This document shows positions 53,389-64,000 of a DNA stretch of 64,000 nt, in pieces (position 1 is the stretch's first letter; each line of letters starts with the position of its first letter). This DNA comes from an uncultured Gammaproteobacteria bacterium. Its GTDB lineage: Bacteria; Pseudomonadota; Gammaproteobacteria; UBA9214. The notes under the pieces were generated by a model. It made no database searches and was not told the origin of the DNA. It saw nothing but the letters and a program-made list of their open reading frames with translations. The stretch covers positions 384,001 through 448,000 of the forward strand of contig CAVVHS010000008.1 of assembly GCA_963748215.1 (NCBI GenBank), written 5' to 3'. Position numbers and translations under genes: made by a program.

Positions 53389-54467
53389 GTGACTGACATC
53401 GATATCACCGCCTTGGCACGGCAGGGAATCATGCTGGAAGCGAAACACTGGCGCGACTGGCCAGCACACCCGAGTTCACCACACTGCTCGAATACCTGGA
53501 AGACTATTCGGGCTTCGTTGCGTCCGGTCGGTATGAATATCTTGGCAATTCATTCCTTGCGGATGTAACCCGGGAACACACTATCGACTTTAGCAGGCCA
53601 GAAGCTACCACCCTCCGGCTTGGACAGATAATCGACCTGCTTGCTGCCTGCGATCTATTTAACGGCTGGTCACTACCCCTTGATATCCTGCAACCACAAA
53701 GACTGCGCAAATATGCGGAATCAGCGATCGATCAGCTGGCGATATCGCGAACGAGCGGTGGGATCGGCCCACTATTGGCCCAGAAACTCAATAGCTGCGA
53801 CGCAACGCGGGTCATCCAGCTATTGAAAATACTCGGCTGTATCAATGCAGATCTGACAAGCCGCTGCCAGCTATCGCTCGGTGCCTCCGGCGGCACCAGA
53901 GATCGGGTGTCGATTCACCACACGCCAAGCATTCAATACATTAACCACAACCTCTTGGTACGCACACCTGCTCCAGCCACTATCACATTCGGTCAGGTCA
54001 GGCACGCAGTGGATGACATCGTCCTGGTGGATAACGACCCGCACATGAAACGGCGTTACGAAAAACTCAACAGGGAAGCCAACACACTCGCCCTTAACCA
54101 GGACACTATGCTTGCGCTGGACACACTCAGAAACAGAATAGCTGCTGGAGAAACCGCACCCAGAGATCTTGTGGTCGCATTCAGAATCGACCATCGCATG
54201 ATCCCAGATGCCGCGGACTTCCTCGAGCACCTGACACGGGTAATAGCGGATAGAGCCGATCTCAACATCACCATTGGCGCAGGTCATACAAACAAGGAAT
54301 TCAAGGGCCGCCGCAGGAAGATAAAGGAACTCGAAAGCGCACTACTAGCTCGGAATCTCAAGCCGTTACACATCATCTGGCACCGTGGCACCAGCCTCGC
54401 GAAGCAACGCCGGAGTCCGCCTCTTTGGCGCTCCCATATACGCCACATACGAGATTTTGTATTGTAG
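53389..54467 (+). CDS. Hypothetical protein with one frameshift near 53440
   Basis: The frame of ORF 53775-54467 stays open upstream to ~53445, and a GTG-started segment (MTDIDITALARQGIMLEA) lies just before it in another frame. Confidence 0.5.
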
Positions 54468-54624
54468 AATTATTCAACAGTAGCAGCCGACCAGCCGCGC
54501 CAACCACATAAAACAGGACCACCCTCGGCCATCAGGGCTGCAACATTATTTAAATAACCACGGAAAGCAGGAATGCGTTCCATTTCGTTAGACCTGCGAT
54601 CTTAACAACCCGAGAAAACCGGAT

Positions 54625-56688
54625 ATGGCAGAACAAACCGATATTTCCGAAATCATGCGCAAAGCCTAAGCTCTGCTGATACTGGCCAGGCCTCGTCAGC
54701 ACTGTCGCTTTACCGGCAAGTCATCGAGCTTGATCCGAACAACGCTGAAGCCTGGCTTATGCATGGAGCCATAATCGGTGAAACCGGGGATATCAAGTCG
54801 GCCGAGACCTCCATCAGGAAAGCACTGGATATCAACCCCCAATACACTGATGCATATTTGACGCTCGCAGGGCTGCAGCAGGTAACTGGACAGCATCACG
54901 CAGCCCTCAGAAGCTATGAGGCTGCCGTCACAGTATCACCTGATGATCCGGATGCCCATTTTCAGCTCGCAGGGATGCTGGTCCTTGAACAAGCATGCTG
55001 AGGCGCAGGAACACGCACTCAAGGCGACGCAGTATGATCATGAGTATAGCGAGGCATGGCAACTCCTGGGCTGGCTACAGCAGCTAAACGGGCACATCGC
55101 CGACGCGTAAAAAAGCTACAGATGGGCTCTTGAACTGACACCCGATGACACAAATATAGATGGCGCTTTGGGGGCAATAGCGGCCAAGTCAGGAAAATAC
55201 ACGCAAGCCATCAAACACCTGAGAAAGCGCCTCCAATCGCAGCCGGGTGATATTGAATCACGCAATACGCTGGGCATTTCCCTAATAGGGACAGGGAGGC
55301 TAGAGGAAGCTGAAAATACCTTGGCGGAAGTCCTTAAGTTGCAACCCACCCATGCCAGCGCAAATGCGAATATGGGCATAGTGTTGCAATACTCCGGACA
55401 ACTCTGGAAAGCCCGAGACTTCATGGATAAAGCGGTAAAGTCAGATCCGCGGAGACCCGATCTCCACTATCAGCTTGCCGGCGTCCTGTCCGGACTTGGT
55501 GAATATGAGACCGCCCTGTCCCATTGCCAAACTGCCAGTCAACTGGATCCAGGATACAGCGATGCAATCGCAGGACAGGCAGAGATTCATCATAAACGTG
55601 GTGAATATCAGGAAGCATGTAACCTGATCAAGCCGCTACTGCTAGTCAAGCCGGTAAATATACAAGCCGCCATAGTTAATGCCGGCATTAGTAAACATGT
55701 GAATACAGGAGTAAACAGCATCACCTTACTGGAGAGTATCGCTGAAACGCAAAACCCAACCAGTCAGGAACAAATCCAGATACACAGCGCACTAGGTAAG
55801 CTTTACGACCGAGCAGGAAACTACGATAAAGCCTTCGAGAATTTCAAAAGATCAAATATTGTCAGGGAAAGCGAGTATAAGCCGGCCGAACACGAGAAAG
55901 TCATAGACGCGATTATCGGAACCTTCAGCCCGGATCTTGACTTCCCGGAATCGTCTAACCGATCCGAGATACCAATATTCATTATCGGCATGCCACGTTC
56001 CGGAACAACCTTGATCGAACAGATACTTGCAAGCCACCCGAAAACAACCGGCATGGGGGAATTTCTTGGCATCACGCAATCATTGGAGGAGATACCGGGA
56101 ACATCTGCTTCATTTCCGGGCTATATCCCCGAGCTTGACGCAAAAGCGATTGACTTTCTATCAAACGAGCTCATGAAACGGATACAGGCTTCCGCACCGG
56201 ATGCATCAAGAATTGTAATCAATGAGCGTCCTTCCTATTTATTTCTGGGTTTGTTGAGAAAGGTTTTCCCTGGTGCCCGCTTTCTTCATTCTGTTCGAAA
56301 TCCGCTTGACACATGCCTGTCCTGTTACTTCCAGCTGCTTTCCAGCAAATATTCGTACGCATGCAGGCTTGAGCATCTGGGACATTACTATAGGCAATAC
56401 CGGAGACTCATGAATCACTGGGAACATACCCTCAACATCCCAATATTTACGATAAATTATGAAGACATGGTGAACAATCAGGTTGACACCACCCGAGCGC
56501 TCATCGAATTCTGCGAACTGCCCTGGGATGACAGCTGCCTGCGTTTTTACGAACACAAGAGAAATGTGGTTACACCGAGCTATGATGACGTACATCAACC
56601 AATCTACAAAACATCAACATCTCCTCGATGGAAGAACTACGAACACCATATACTGGAACTCATCGCTATGCTCGGGGAAATCGACTAA
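54625..56688 (+). CDS. TPR-sulfotransferase with three disruptions in the TPR region (errors or pseudogene)
   Basis: TPR repeats, PAPS-binding IGMPRSGTT, RNPLDTCLSCY and YEDMV. Breaks at ~54667, ~54980 and 55108. Confidence 0.75.
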
Positions 56689-56879
56689 CAATCCAGCCCC
56701 TGTGCAAAGTAGGAAACCATATCAGCATATCAGGCCCATGACCGCTGCCATCCATGATCAGTAATCCCGACCTGCTACGACAGGCTGTTTTATAATCATG
56801 AATCTTCCAGCGAAGCCTTGAACAGGCTGGCATCCTGATGTGCAGACCGCGGGCAGTCCAGAAACGATGGTGTACCAGC

Positions 56880-57060
56880 CATTGACAACGCGATCCGCGT
56901 CCCGCAATTCAGCCCGCCAGCCGGCGTCTTCGGCAAGCCATATTGCCCGTGCGAGAAAACCCGGCTCGTCAGTGATTACCAGTTCGGTCATCCACATTTC
57001 GTCCAGCAATGCAGCGCTCATTAAGGAGCGATAGCTATTACCGCGACGACTGACGATCAG
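56880..57060 (-). pseudogene. Remnant of a GT41-like glycosyltransferase C-terminus
   Basis: SAALLDEMWMTELVITDEPGFLARAIWLAEDAGWRAELR parallels SLLQHVGLHECIAQSSDNYVDLAVALAFQPARLEQLR in 49906-51666. Confidence 0.45.
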
Positions 57061-57413
57061 CAACACTCGGCAACTCAGCTTCAAACACACCCTGCAGCTA
57101 TGGATCACCTGGTGATAGAACGGGACCGCTAGCCACAGCGAAAATCAACGTGCTACTCTGCTCATCCCGATTGCGCAACAGCGGGTTGAAAATCGCCTGG
57201 AATGTATTGAGCCCCGCTTGATAAAACGCAGGCCAATCGCCCGAGAAGACGTGTAAAAGTATGGTCGCCATAAAAAGCTTAAGTAGTGCCATTCGGATCT
57301 AACCCCGTTTATCGCTTGACCTTCCTTTCATAATGATTCGTTTGTAAATTGGGCATTATGTGGGGTCAACATTACATCGGCACAATCGAGCATGATCCCA
57401 TTGAGTCCTGCTT

Positions 57414-58046
57414 TCAGATATACCCCATCATTTTTAGTATGTCTCCGTTGATTACTGTAAATTTTTCCAGAAGGCTATCGGAAAACTCGTTCCTCCAATC
57501 ACTTTCACGTTTCACCCACTGTCCGTCTATACCAGCGATTGTGTCTCTTGCAGGTATTTGCTTTTTTAAAGCATCCCTTTTCAAAAACACGCCAAGTTTA
57601 TCCAGTGTTGCTGGCATATTGTTCTTCATGTCCTCGTATTCAATCAGCAAGGTATTCGGGCGATTGCAGGGATCCCATGCACGCACATGGTCTGACCACG
57701 TGCCAAATCTGTGCTGTCCCTCAATAATGGCATCCAGTGGCAGCATGCCATTATAAAATTTCCACAAGCTTATGCTTGCTGCTCTGCCGTCACGGATAAC
57801 GTATATTGCAGGATACATATCGCTAGGATGTTCATGTGTCTTAATCAGTGGAATGGTGTGTTGCGGGAAGCGAATTCTTCGATCTTGGTCGTGTTCAAGA
57901 TGACCTACATATTCCTCCAGTTTTCTGTTTGACCCAAGGTCATCAGGATAAATACTTGCGGAGCGGAGCCCGAAACACTGCCATAATATTGTTCTCAGGA
58001 ATGTGTTTCCGCTACGCGGATACGATGCAAGCCAAACCACTTTCAT
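57414..58046 (-). CDS. Sulfotransferase domain protein
   Basis: WLASYPRSGNTF (5'-PSB loop), KTH, IRDGR..S (3'-PB motif) and YEDM. Confidence 0.85.
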   Translation of the reverse strand: MKVVWLASYPRSGNTFLRTILWQCFGLRSASIYPDDLGSNRKLEEYVGHLEHDQDRRIRFPQHTIPLIKTHEHPSDMYPAIYVIRDGRAASISLWKFYNGMLPLDAIIEGQHRFGTWSDHVRAWDPCNRPNTLLIEYEDMKNNMPATLDKLGVFLKRDALKKQIPARDTIAGIDGQWVKRESDWRNEFSDSLLEKFTVINGDILKMMGYI

Positions 58047-58564
58047 GTTGTCGATATCACCATCTGCTATCTATTGTTGAAATAGTTTACGAGCCAATTC
58101 CTGGCATATCAATTTCAGACTGCCCTCTAGGTTTACGTACATGGCATGATGGGGCTGGAGTTAAAGAACGAATCAATCGAGTCCGACCACATTGATTTCG
58201 CTTGCGCCGCCTGTCTTCGGCACGTGCACGAACACAGCCTCGCTGCCCACAACACGACTCATGTCAACATACTAATATTCAAAACCAAGATACAACACCT
58301 TCATGTACAATGAATTTTTAACTGCGCGTTAAACCACCAAGCGGTGTAGGATCAAAAAAGCGACGCGATAATCAGAGATTTCAATAAGCGGAAATACCCC
58401 TTATATAGCATCTGATGATCCCACTTTGCGTACCTGAGTTTGCAGCTTTATGCGATTATTCGAGCCAGTTACTCTGCCACACTAACCAAAATTACTGCAT
58501 GGAATCGTATTCAGATGGTTGGCAGCATACTCATATCACATATACGGGACATGAGAGGAACAAA

Positions 58565-59452
58565 ATGAAAACACGTAACTTATTTATATTAATGACAATA
58601 ATTGTCGGCTTTCTTGTAACAGGCTGTACCGGATTACAGACATTCACTACCGCTGCACGTCCCGGTGACACCATCGCTCTAACGATGGGATGGAACCAGG
58701 AACTGTCCAGAGACGACCTGACAGTAACGATCACACCGGCAATCGGAGACCCGGTTACCTATTTACCGGGTAACCCTGCTGTGCGTGCGCTGATCAACCT
58801 GCATCCAGACCCGATTTCCAGACTCATTGTGGAACGCGAGACAGGCGACTTCTCCGACAACGGCTACTTCTACTCGGTGCTCATGGAGAACACTGTCACC
58901 GGCCCTGACAAGGATTTCTTTCAGAAAGTCCTGTTGATGGACCTGCCTTCGGGCATTGCTTCCGGCACGGCCGCCGTTTCTTTTTCCAGCAGCGGTGGTG
59001 AAAGCCTGCCATCGCAGTATGTGGAAATTCTTTCCGGCACAGGGACCAGGAACAACTTCCAGATCCAGGAGGGACTATCGCCAACTCTCGGACAGCAACT
59101 CGTTCTGGCAGAGCGAGCCTCACACTATACGGTATCATTCAGCGGCACGGTCGTTCCCCATGCAATTCAGGTTGACCTCACACATGACGCCGACGAGAGT
59201 CTTGGCGGTACTGGCGTGCCCTATGTTGTCAGCACACGGGGTGCGGACAAGAAGGGTGCCTATTGGTCAGACGACGGGTCCAGCATGCGGGTTATCCTGA
59301 TCCCGAACAATTCAGCACTTGGCGATCTGGTAAATTTCAAGTTTTATATCGCCGGTGGTCTACAGAACCTGCAGGTTGCATCTGTCAGTGCCTACGATAT
59401 TGACGGAAACCCTGTGTCCGGTGTCAATGCTGCAGTCTCATCGTTCCCGTAA
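58565..59452 (+). CDS. Hypothetical lipoprotein
   Basis: MKTRNLFILMTIIVGFLVTGC lipobox and a beta-rich mature part. Confidence 0.7.
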   Translation: MKTRNLFILMTIIVGFLVTGCTGLQTFTTAARPGDTIALTMGWNQELSRDDLTVTITPAIGDPVTYLPGNPAVRALINLHPDPISRLIVERETGDFSDNGYFYSVLMENTVTGPDKDFFQKVLLMDLPSGIASGTAAVSFSSSGGESLPSQYVEILSGTGTRNNFQIQEGLSPTLGQQLVLAERASHYTVSFSGTVVPHAIQVDLTHDADESLGGTGVPYVVSTRGADKKGAYWSDDGSSMRVILIPNNSALGDLVNFKFYIAGGLQNLQVASVSAYDIDGNPVSGVNAAVSSFP

Positions 59453-60037
59453 TAATATTGAACACCGCGATCAACTTAAGTAATACCAATTAAGGCACGA
59501 ATCGGATACGTCTGCTTATTTGCAGGCTCTGCGCGAATACTATGGGATAAGGAGCCAGCATTCCGGCACCCGTCAAACCAGCCGGATTACATATAATCAG
59601 GACAGGGCACTGGAGATAATGCATTTATCAGCGTTTAGCCGCCTGATACCTGATAGCCAAAGATTCAATCCAGCCCTGGATGATGCATTCCCTGGACTTC
59701 GGCACATGTAACCCTTAGCAGGTAACTTTATGCGCTGGCCACAATAACGTTGTATTTTCCTTGAGTCGTACCTTCAAATCGCAATGTTGGGATTCTGTAT
59801 CACCACCTTTGGCGACCGTATTCAGATATGTCATCCTTGCCAGCCGATCATGTCTGCACATATTTTATCGCTGAGATCGTAATTATATTTTCCTATCCAA
59901 TTATCCAAGCACGATGAAACACGATCGAGACCAGACAGCAATCATTGCGCCATGTCGGAACAGGTCCGGCACAAGGAGTCACCGTACCATGGCAGGTTGA
60001 TCATGCTACTGTGGCAAGTGAAGGAATAATATAAAAA

Positions 60038-60665
60038 GGGGCTGTCCTGGATAACGGAGGTTATTTAGGATGATTGGATGAGGAAGTGACGACTCAGCAA
60101 GGTCAAGCAGGATCGATTAATCGAGCATTTTGTTGCTTGCGACAACGTCACGCGTAGCCGCAGCCCTGGTTGTAGTTAACAAGAACACGGCAGCTTATTA
60201 CTATCTACGTCTGCGTGAGCTGATCTGGGCGGTCACAGAAGACAGCACGCCGTTCTGTGGCGAGGTAGAAGTGGATGAGAGTTATTAAGGTATATGCGCG
60301 CATTATTCCGGATGCCCGGTCTACCACTTTGTTGCCGATCATGAAGGAGAAGGTCCAGCCGGATAGCATTGTGTATACCGATACGTTTGCCAGTTACAAC
60401 GTACTGGATGTTTCCGAATTCAAGCACTACCGAATAAATCACAGTGCGTTTTTTGCAGACAGGAAGAATCACATTAACGGGATTGAGAACTTGTTGAATC
60501 AGGCAAAGCGTTACATGAGAAAATTTAACGGCATCCCTCGCGTCCATTTTCATCTCTATATGCGCAAGTGTGAGTGGCGATTAACAACCCGGACCCAGAA
60601 GCACAATCACGACAGTTGAAACAATTAGTTAGAGAGGTAATAGGCTAATTATCTAGGACAGCCCC
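60038..60665 (+). mobile_element. IS1595-family (IS1016-like) element, internally deleted, with a pseudo-transposase
   Basis: TIRs ggggctgtcctggataa and ttatctaggacagcccc. Transposase fragments EVEVDESY, VQPDSIVYTD, NHINGIEN and RKFNGI. Confidence 0.85.
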
Positions 60666-60815
60666 TAAAAATAATAGAAACACTGCGGTTGAGTCCAGCA
60701 GGTTTAGTCCAGCAGGTTTCTACTGGAAGAAATCTTGTATCATGGAAAATCGAGCCGAGGCTTCATCCGATACATTTGATGAAACCCCGGCCGCATGAAC
60801 TAAACAGATTAACAG

Positions 60816-63800
60816 CTAGTGTATCTGCCTTTTGACGAGCCGCCGGACACCCAATCCGGCAAGTAACAGGCCTATCAACCACCAGTCAGCCCGCATACTC
60901 GTCCGTGTATCTGACTGGATGGCCACGCAACCACCACCCCCACCGGCGCTGACCGGTACCGCCCCGTTACCCGCCGGGACACCCGGATCCACCACAACAC
61001 CATTCCTCGTAAAGTCAGCGTCATTGACACCGCCATCCACGATAGTCAGGCGAACACATTCATCCCCCTCGACGATAAATGTATTGCCGTTACTGTCAAC
61101 GGGTGCGTCATAGGCAGGATCAGTCGGATCCGGACAATTACCATTGGGTAGTTTTCCAGCAGACGCCAGAGCATTGCCACCACCAACAGTGAACGGTACC
61201 CACCCCTTGGTTGGCGTATACTTTCTATAGTTAGGCAACGCTGGCATCAGGGTGTTATAGGGAATCACCACCTGAACAGCATCTCCCGGCATAAGTCCCT
61301 CAACAATAAAATCACGGATACCATCAGCAATCGGGCCAATACCGGCGACCTGACTCAGGATATCGGTTGAATTTCCTGTTGGTGTGATGCCGGGGCCGGC
61401 AAATATCCCGATTTCGGTCTCTGTGGTCGAGAAGATTCCATGTCCCGCTGCTGTGGTGACCTGCCCCAGACGCAGTCGACCTGCGCTTGAAACAATGTCG
61501 CCGCTGGCCGGATCACTGAAATCGATCCGGTTACGACCTGGATCAACGGCACCGTCGATCGCATCCTGATACTCAGGAATACCATCATTATCGGCATCGC
61601 CGTAGCCTTCTGCCGCATCATTGACTCCGTCACCATCTGAATCATTTGCAGCGGACAGAACCGGCGCAGTATTGACGATTCTCAGAACGAGTTGGGCATT
61701 GATTGACAGGGGTGACGCCGCATTGTCGTCAGATACGACAACCCTCAGCGCTATCGGGCCGGCAGGAAGACCGGCTGGATCAAACATGAAACTGGACTGG
61801 TCGGTCGCGCCAACCGCCGCCGCGACAACCGCTGCCGGGCTCTGGCTCCAGTCATATACCAGCCCTTCGCCATCAGGTTCTGTTGCGGTCACCGTCGCCG
61901 TCACAAAGCCATCAGGTCTAACGACAATACTAGTTGGATCCAAGGCAGCTTGGGATGCACTGATACCCGTCACCTGTGGTGGGTTATTCACTACGAATGG
62001 TACCGAATCGGCCGTTATAACACCCTCAAGTCGCCAGTGGGCATTGAAGTTGTTGAATGCACCCGTCGGGTCCTCCAGAGGAGTAATAATATGCTGCCAG
62101 GTCATCACATAATTGAAAGTACGTGTCGTCCCGTTATCATCCATGTTGTCCGCGGTAATCGTTGCACTCAACGTTCCATCATCCGGATCGAGGAAGAAAG
62201 CATTGGGTGTTGCCGAGTTGTACAGCCCCGAGAACGGCATACTTTCGATGGTTAGAATAGATGTAGCGCCCGACACTGTTACAAAACCACTGGGCGGCAG
62301 TGCCGTTTCCGATGGCGGGTCAAAGGTAAAGGGGACAAACGGGAAGCCCGTGAACATAAATCCCGGTGTGATGGGACCTTCCGGCTGGGGGTTGGTCCCG
62401 AACTCAGGCGGATCAATAAAGTTAATGATGGGTTGAAATACACCAAATCGGATACCGATCGGATTTAAGTTACCATCCAGATCGGTGCCAGACCCGGAGA
62501 ACCTAGTATTTAGGGGATCGGTAAACCCGACGTCACCCGTATCATCACTGGAAAAACGGTTGGCCAGAGAACAGAGCGCGTCGAGGGAATTGAACTTGAA
62601 GCAGCCGGCAAGACCGTCCCCATCCAAATCCGAGATTGTCATGCTTAGGATCCGGAAATTCTGGCCGGTGACGACATCAACAGTACGCACCACCTGGACC
62701 GCATTATTGCCCGCGGAATCAGCACAATCATAGGTCACCGGATAGGATCCGGGCGTATTGGTATCGACAGCACTGGCGTCAACAACCAAGTTGGCACTGA
62801 TATCAACTGAACCGGCATCAACCGGGTTGGTGTCTGTACATACGGCACCGGGATCGAGGAAGGTGCCGCCAACTGCAACGACCTGTGGATTGGGTGGATT
62901 CAGTGAAATCACCGGAACCTGGTTATCGGCGAGCACATTCACCGTGCGAATAGCGACTGTCGGGCCGTTCAAGGCAGTATCATCACAACTGAACGTGATT
63001 ATATTGCCAGTTGACGGCGTGCTTGTATTAATTACGATCGGATCAGGATTGCTGAAGAAGGGCGGCGTGGTACTACCCAATGCAATAATCCCGTCAAAAT
63101 CGTCAACACAGGTTGCGCCGGCATCGACATAGGGAATACCGACCAGGATATCCACGGTGGTCCCATCAACGGCATCACTACGACCCGCCTGTGGTGCAGC
63201 GACATCCAGTGTAAGCACCGGCGGGGTCGTATCGGTACCGACCACTACGGTACGGGTTGCCTGCGCAGGGTTGTTTTGTGAGTCTGTGCAGTCATAGACG
63301 ACCGTGAAGGTGCCGCCCGGGCCGGTATTCGGGGTGTTTGGATTGTTGTCCGTCGTCACAAGATCTGGTGCGCTAATCTGACCATCGACCACATCCTGAC
63401 AGACAGCACCATCATCGACATAGGGTACGTTGGGCGCCACATTGGTCGTGAGGTCGCCGCTAGCACCGAATCCACCATTGTTAATAAAGATTACCGGTGC
63501 CGAATCAGTGACTGTTGCCACGCCCTCCAGTCGCCAGTTTGACTGGAAGGTGTTGAACGCGCTGGTGGGGTCGTTAATTGTACCAACCCACCGAATCGTT
63601 GTATTGACAGTACCGTCACCGTTACTCGTCAACGGAAACCCACTGTCGACAGCAACCGCATTGAGGCTATCCGGCCCCAGAATAAACTGGGTGCCACCAA
63701 AGATGCCACCGAAATCAAGGGCAGTAAAGGAAATCCCCAAGGTACCGGTACTGTCGGCGACAAAAATCTGCGCATCCATGTTGCCAGTACCAGCGCCATC

Positions 63801-64000
63801 AGTGACATTGGGCGCAAATATTCCCGTACCGCCGAAGTTAAAGCCGGTTGAAAATACATTGGTTCCTATCTCACCGACATTGAAAAAAACCGGATCACAG
63901 GTATTGCCATCCAGTGCTGCTGTACAACCGGTTTCGCCTGTGGCTCCGAATGTGTTGGGTCCATTTCCAGGTGGCACACTGAAGAAAGCGAAGTCACTTT
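60816..64000 (-). CDS. Large surface protein (5'-truncated) with DUF5011-like Ig repeats and a Gly-rich TM sorting tail
   Basis: Three D.GA.C.D..DG...V.YDC.D..GN...R.V.V repeats, DSDGDG Ca-binding motifs, and tail GGGGGC..WWLIGLLLAGLGVRR. Confidence 0.85.
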   Translation of the reverse strand, partial: SDFAFFSVPPGNGPNTFGATGETGCTAALDGNTCDPVFFNVGEIGTNVFSTGFNFGGTGIFAPNVTDGAGTGNMDAQIFVADSTGTLGISFTALDFGGIFGGTQFILGPDSLNAVAVDSGFPLTSNGDGTVNTTIRWVGTINDPTSAFNTFQSNWRLEGVATVTDSAPVIFINNGGFGASGDLTTNVAPNVPYVDDGAVCQDVVDGQISAPDLVTTDNNPNTPNTGPGGTFTVVYDCTDSQNNPAQATRTVVVGTDTTPPVLTLDVAAPQAGRSDAVDGTTVDILVGIPYVDAGATCVDDFDGIIALGSTTPPFFSNPDPIVINTSTPSTGNIITFSCDDTALNGPTVAIRTVNVLADNQVPVISLNPPNPQVVAVGGTFLDPGAVCTDTNPVDAGSVDISANLVVDASAVDTNTPGSYPVTYDCADSAGNNAVQVVRTVDVVTGQNFRILSMTISDLDGDGLAGCFKFNSLDALCSLANRFSSDDTGDVGFTDPLNTRFSGSGTDLDGNLNPIGIRFGVFQPIINFIDPPEFGTNPQPEGPITPGFMFTGFPFVPFTFDPPSETALPPSGFVTVSGATSILTIESMPFSGLYNSATPNAFFLDPDDGTLSATITADNMDDNGTTRTFNYVMTWQHIITPLEDPTGAFNNFNAHWRLEGVITADSVPFVVNNPPQVTGISASQAALDPTSIVVRPDGFVTATVTATEPDGEGLVYDWSQSPAAVVAAAVGATDQSSFMFDPAGLPAGPIALRVVVSDDNAASPLSINAQLVLRIVNTAPVLSAANDSDGDGVNDAAEGYGDADNDGIPEYQDAIDGAVDPGRNRIDFSDPASGDIVSSAGRLRLGQVTTAAGHGIFSTTETEIGIFAGPGITPTGNSTDILSQVAGIGPIADGIRDFIVEGLMPGDAVQVVIPYNTLMPALPNYRKYTPTKGWVPFTVGGGNALASAGKLPNGNCPDPTDPAYDAPVDSNGNTFIVEGDECVRLTIVDGGVNDADFTRNGVVVDPGVPAGNGAVPVSAGGGGGCVAIQSDTRTSMRADWWLIGLLLAGLGVRRLVKRQIH

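Noticed and set aside
60693-60719. Short direct repeat gtccagcaggttt x2
   Set aside because: Only two copies with no context; likely local slippage.
1-64000. tRNA, rRNA, prophage, RAYT transposase or exosortase genes
   Set aside because: No recognisable sequence for any of these; the enzymes implied by the repeats and the PEP-CTERM tail must lie elsewhere, if present.

Overview
GC-rich gammaproteobacterial chromosome segment. About 1-49.7 kb is mostly core or near-core genes: B12 salvage (tonB, pduO-type adenosyltransferase, btuF, cobC-like), an S8 protease/PrcB pair, a hipBA-type toxin-antitoxin pair, two c-di-GMP proteins, ampD, ilvD, a persulfide dioxygenase, argE-argA, cpdA, gspCDEF, rhlB-trxA-rho, htpX-lemA, and the conserved aroQ-accB-accC-prmA-DUF3426-dusB-fis-purH-purD run. 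Many gaps in this run are filled with 0.1-1.6 kb non-coding mosaics built from several repeat families: GTAG-type REP doublets, CCACGGAA multimers, CGTGA(G/A)(A/G) heptamer tracts and nested mini-elements. These mosaics are bounded by inverted repeats, their tandem units share one strand orientation, and they dock on gene stop codons. About 49.7-64 kb is a more AT-rich cell-surface island. It holds a TPR-GT41 (OGT/SPINDLY-like) glycosyltransferase, two sulfotransferases, a sigma54-type PEP-CTERM protein, a lipoprotein, a deleted IS1016-like element and a large Gly-rich-tail surface protein. That large protein shares an unnamed domain ending in WRLEG with the PEP-CTERM protein. Several frame disruptions at 52.5-55.1 kb and in gspC may be consensus errors. 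All assignments are from motif recognition by eye; no searches were run.
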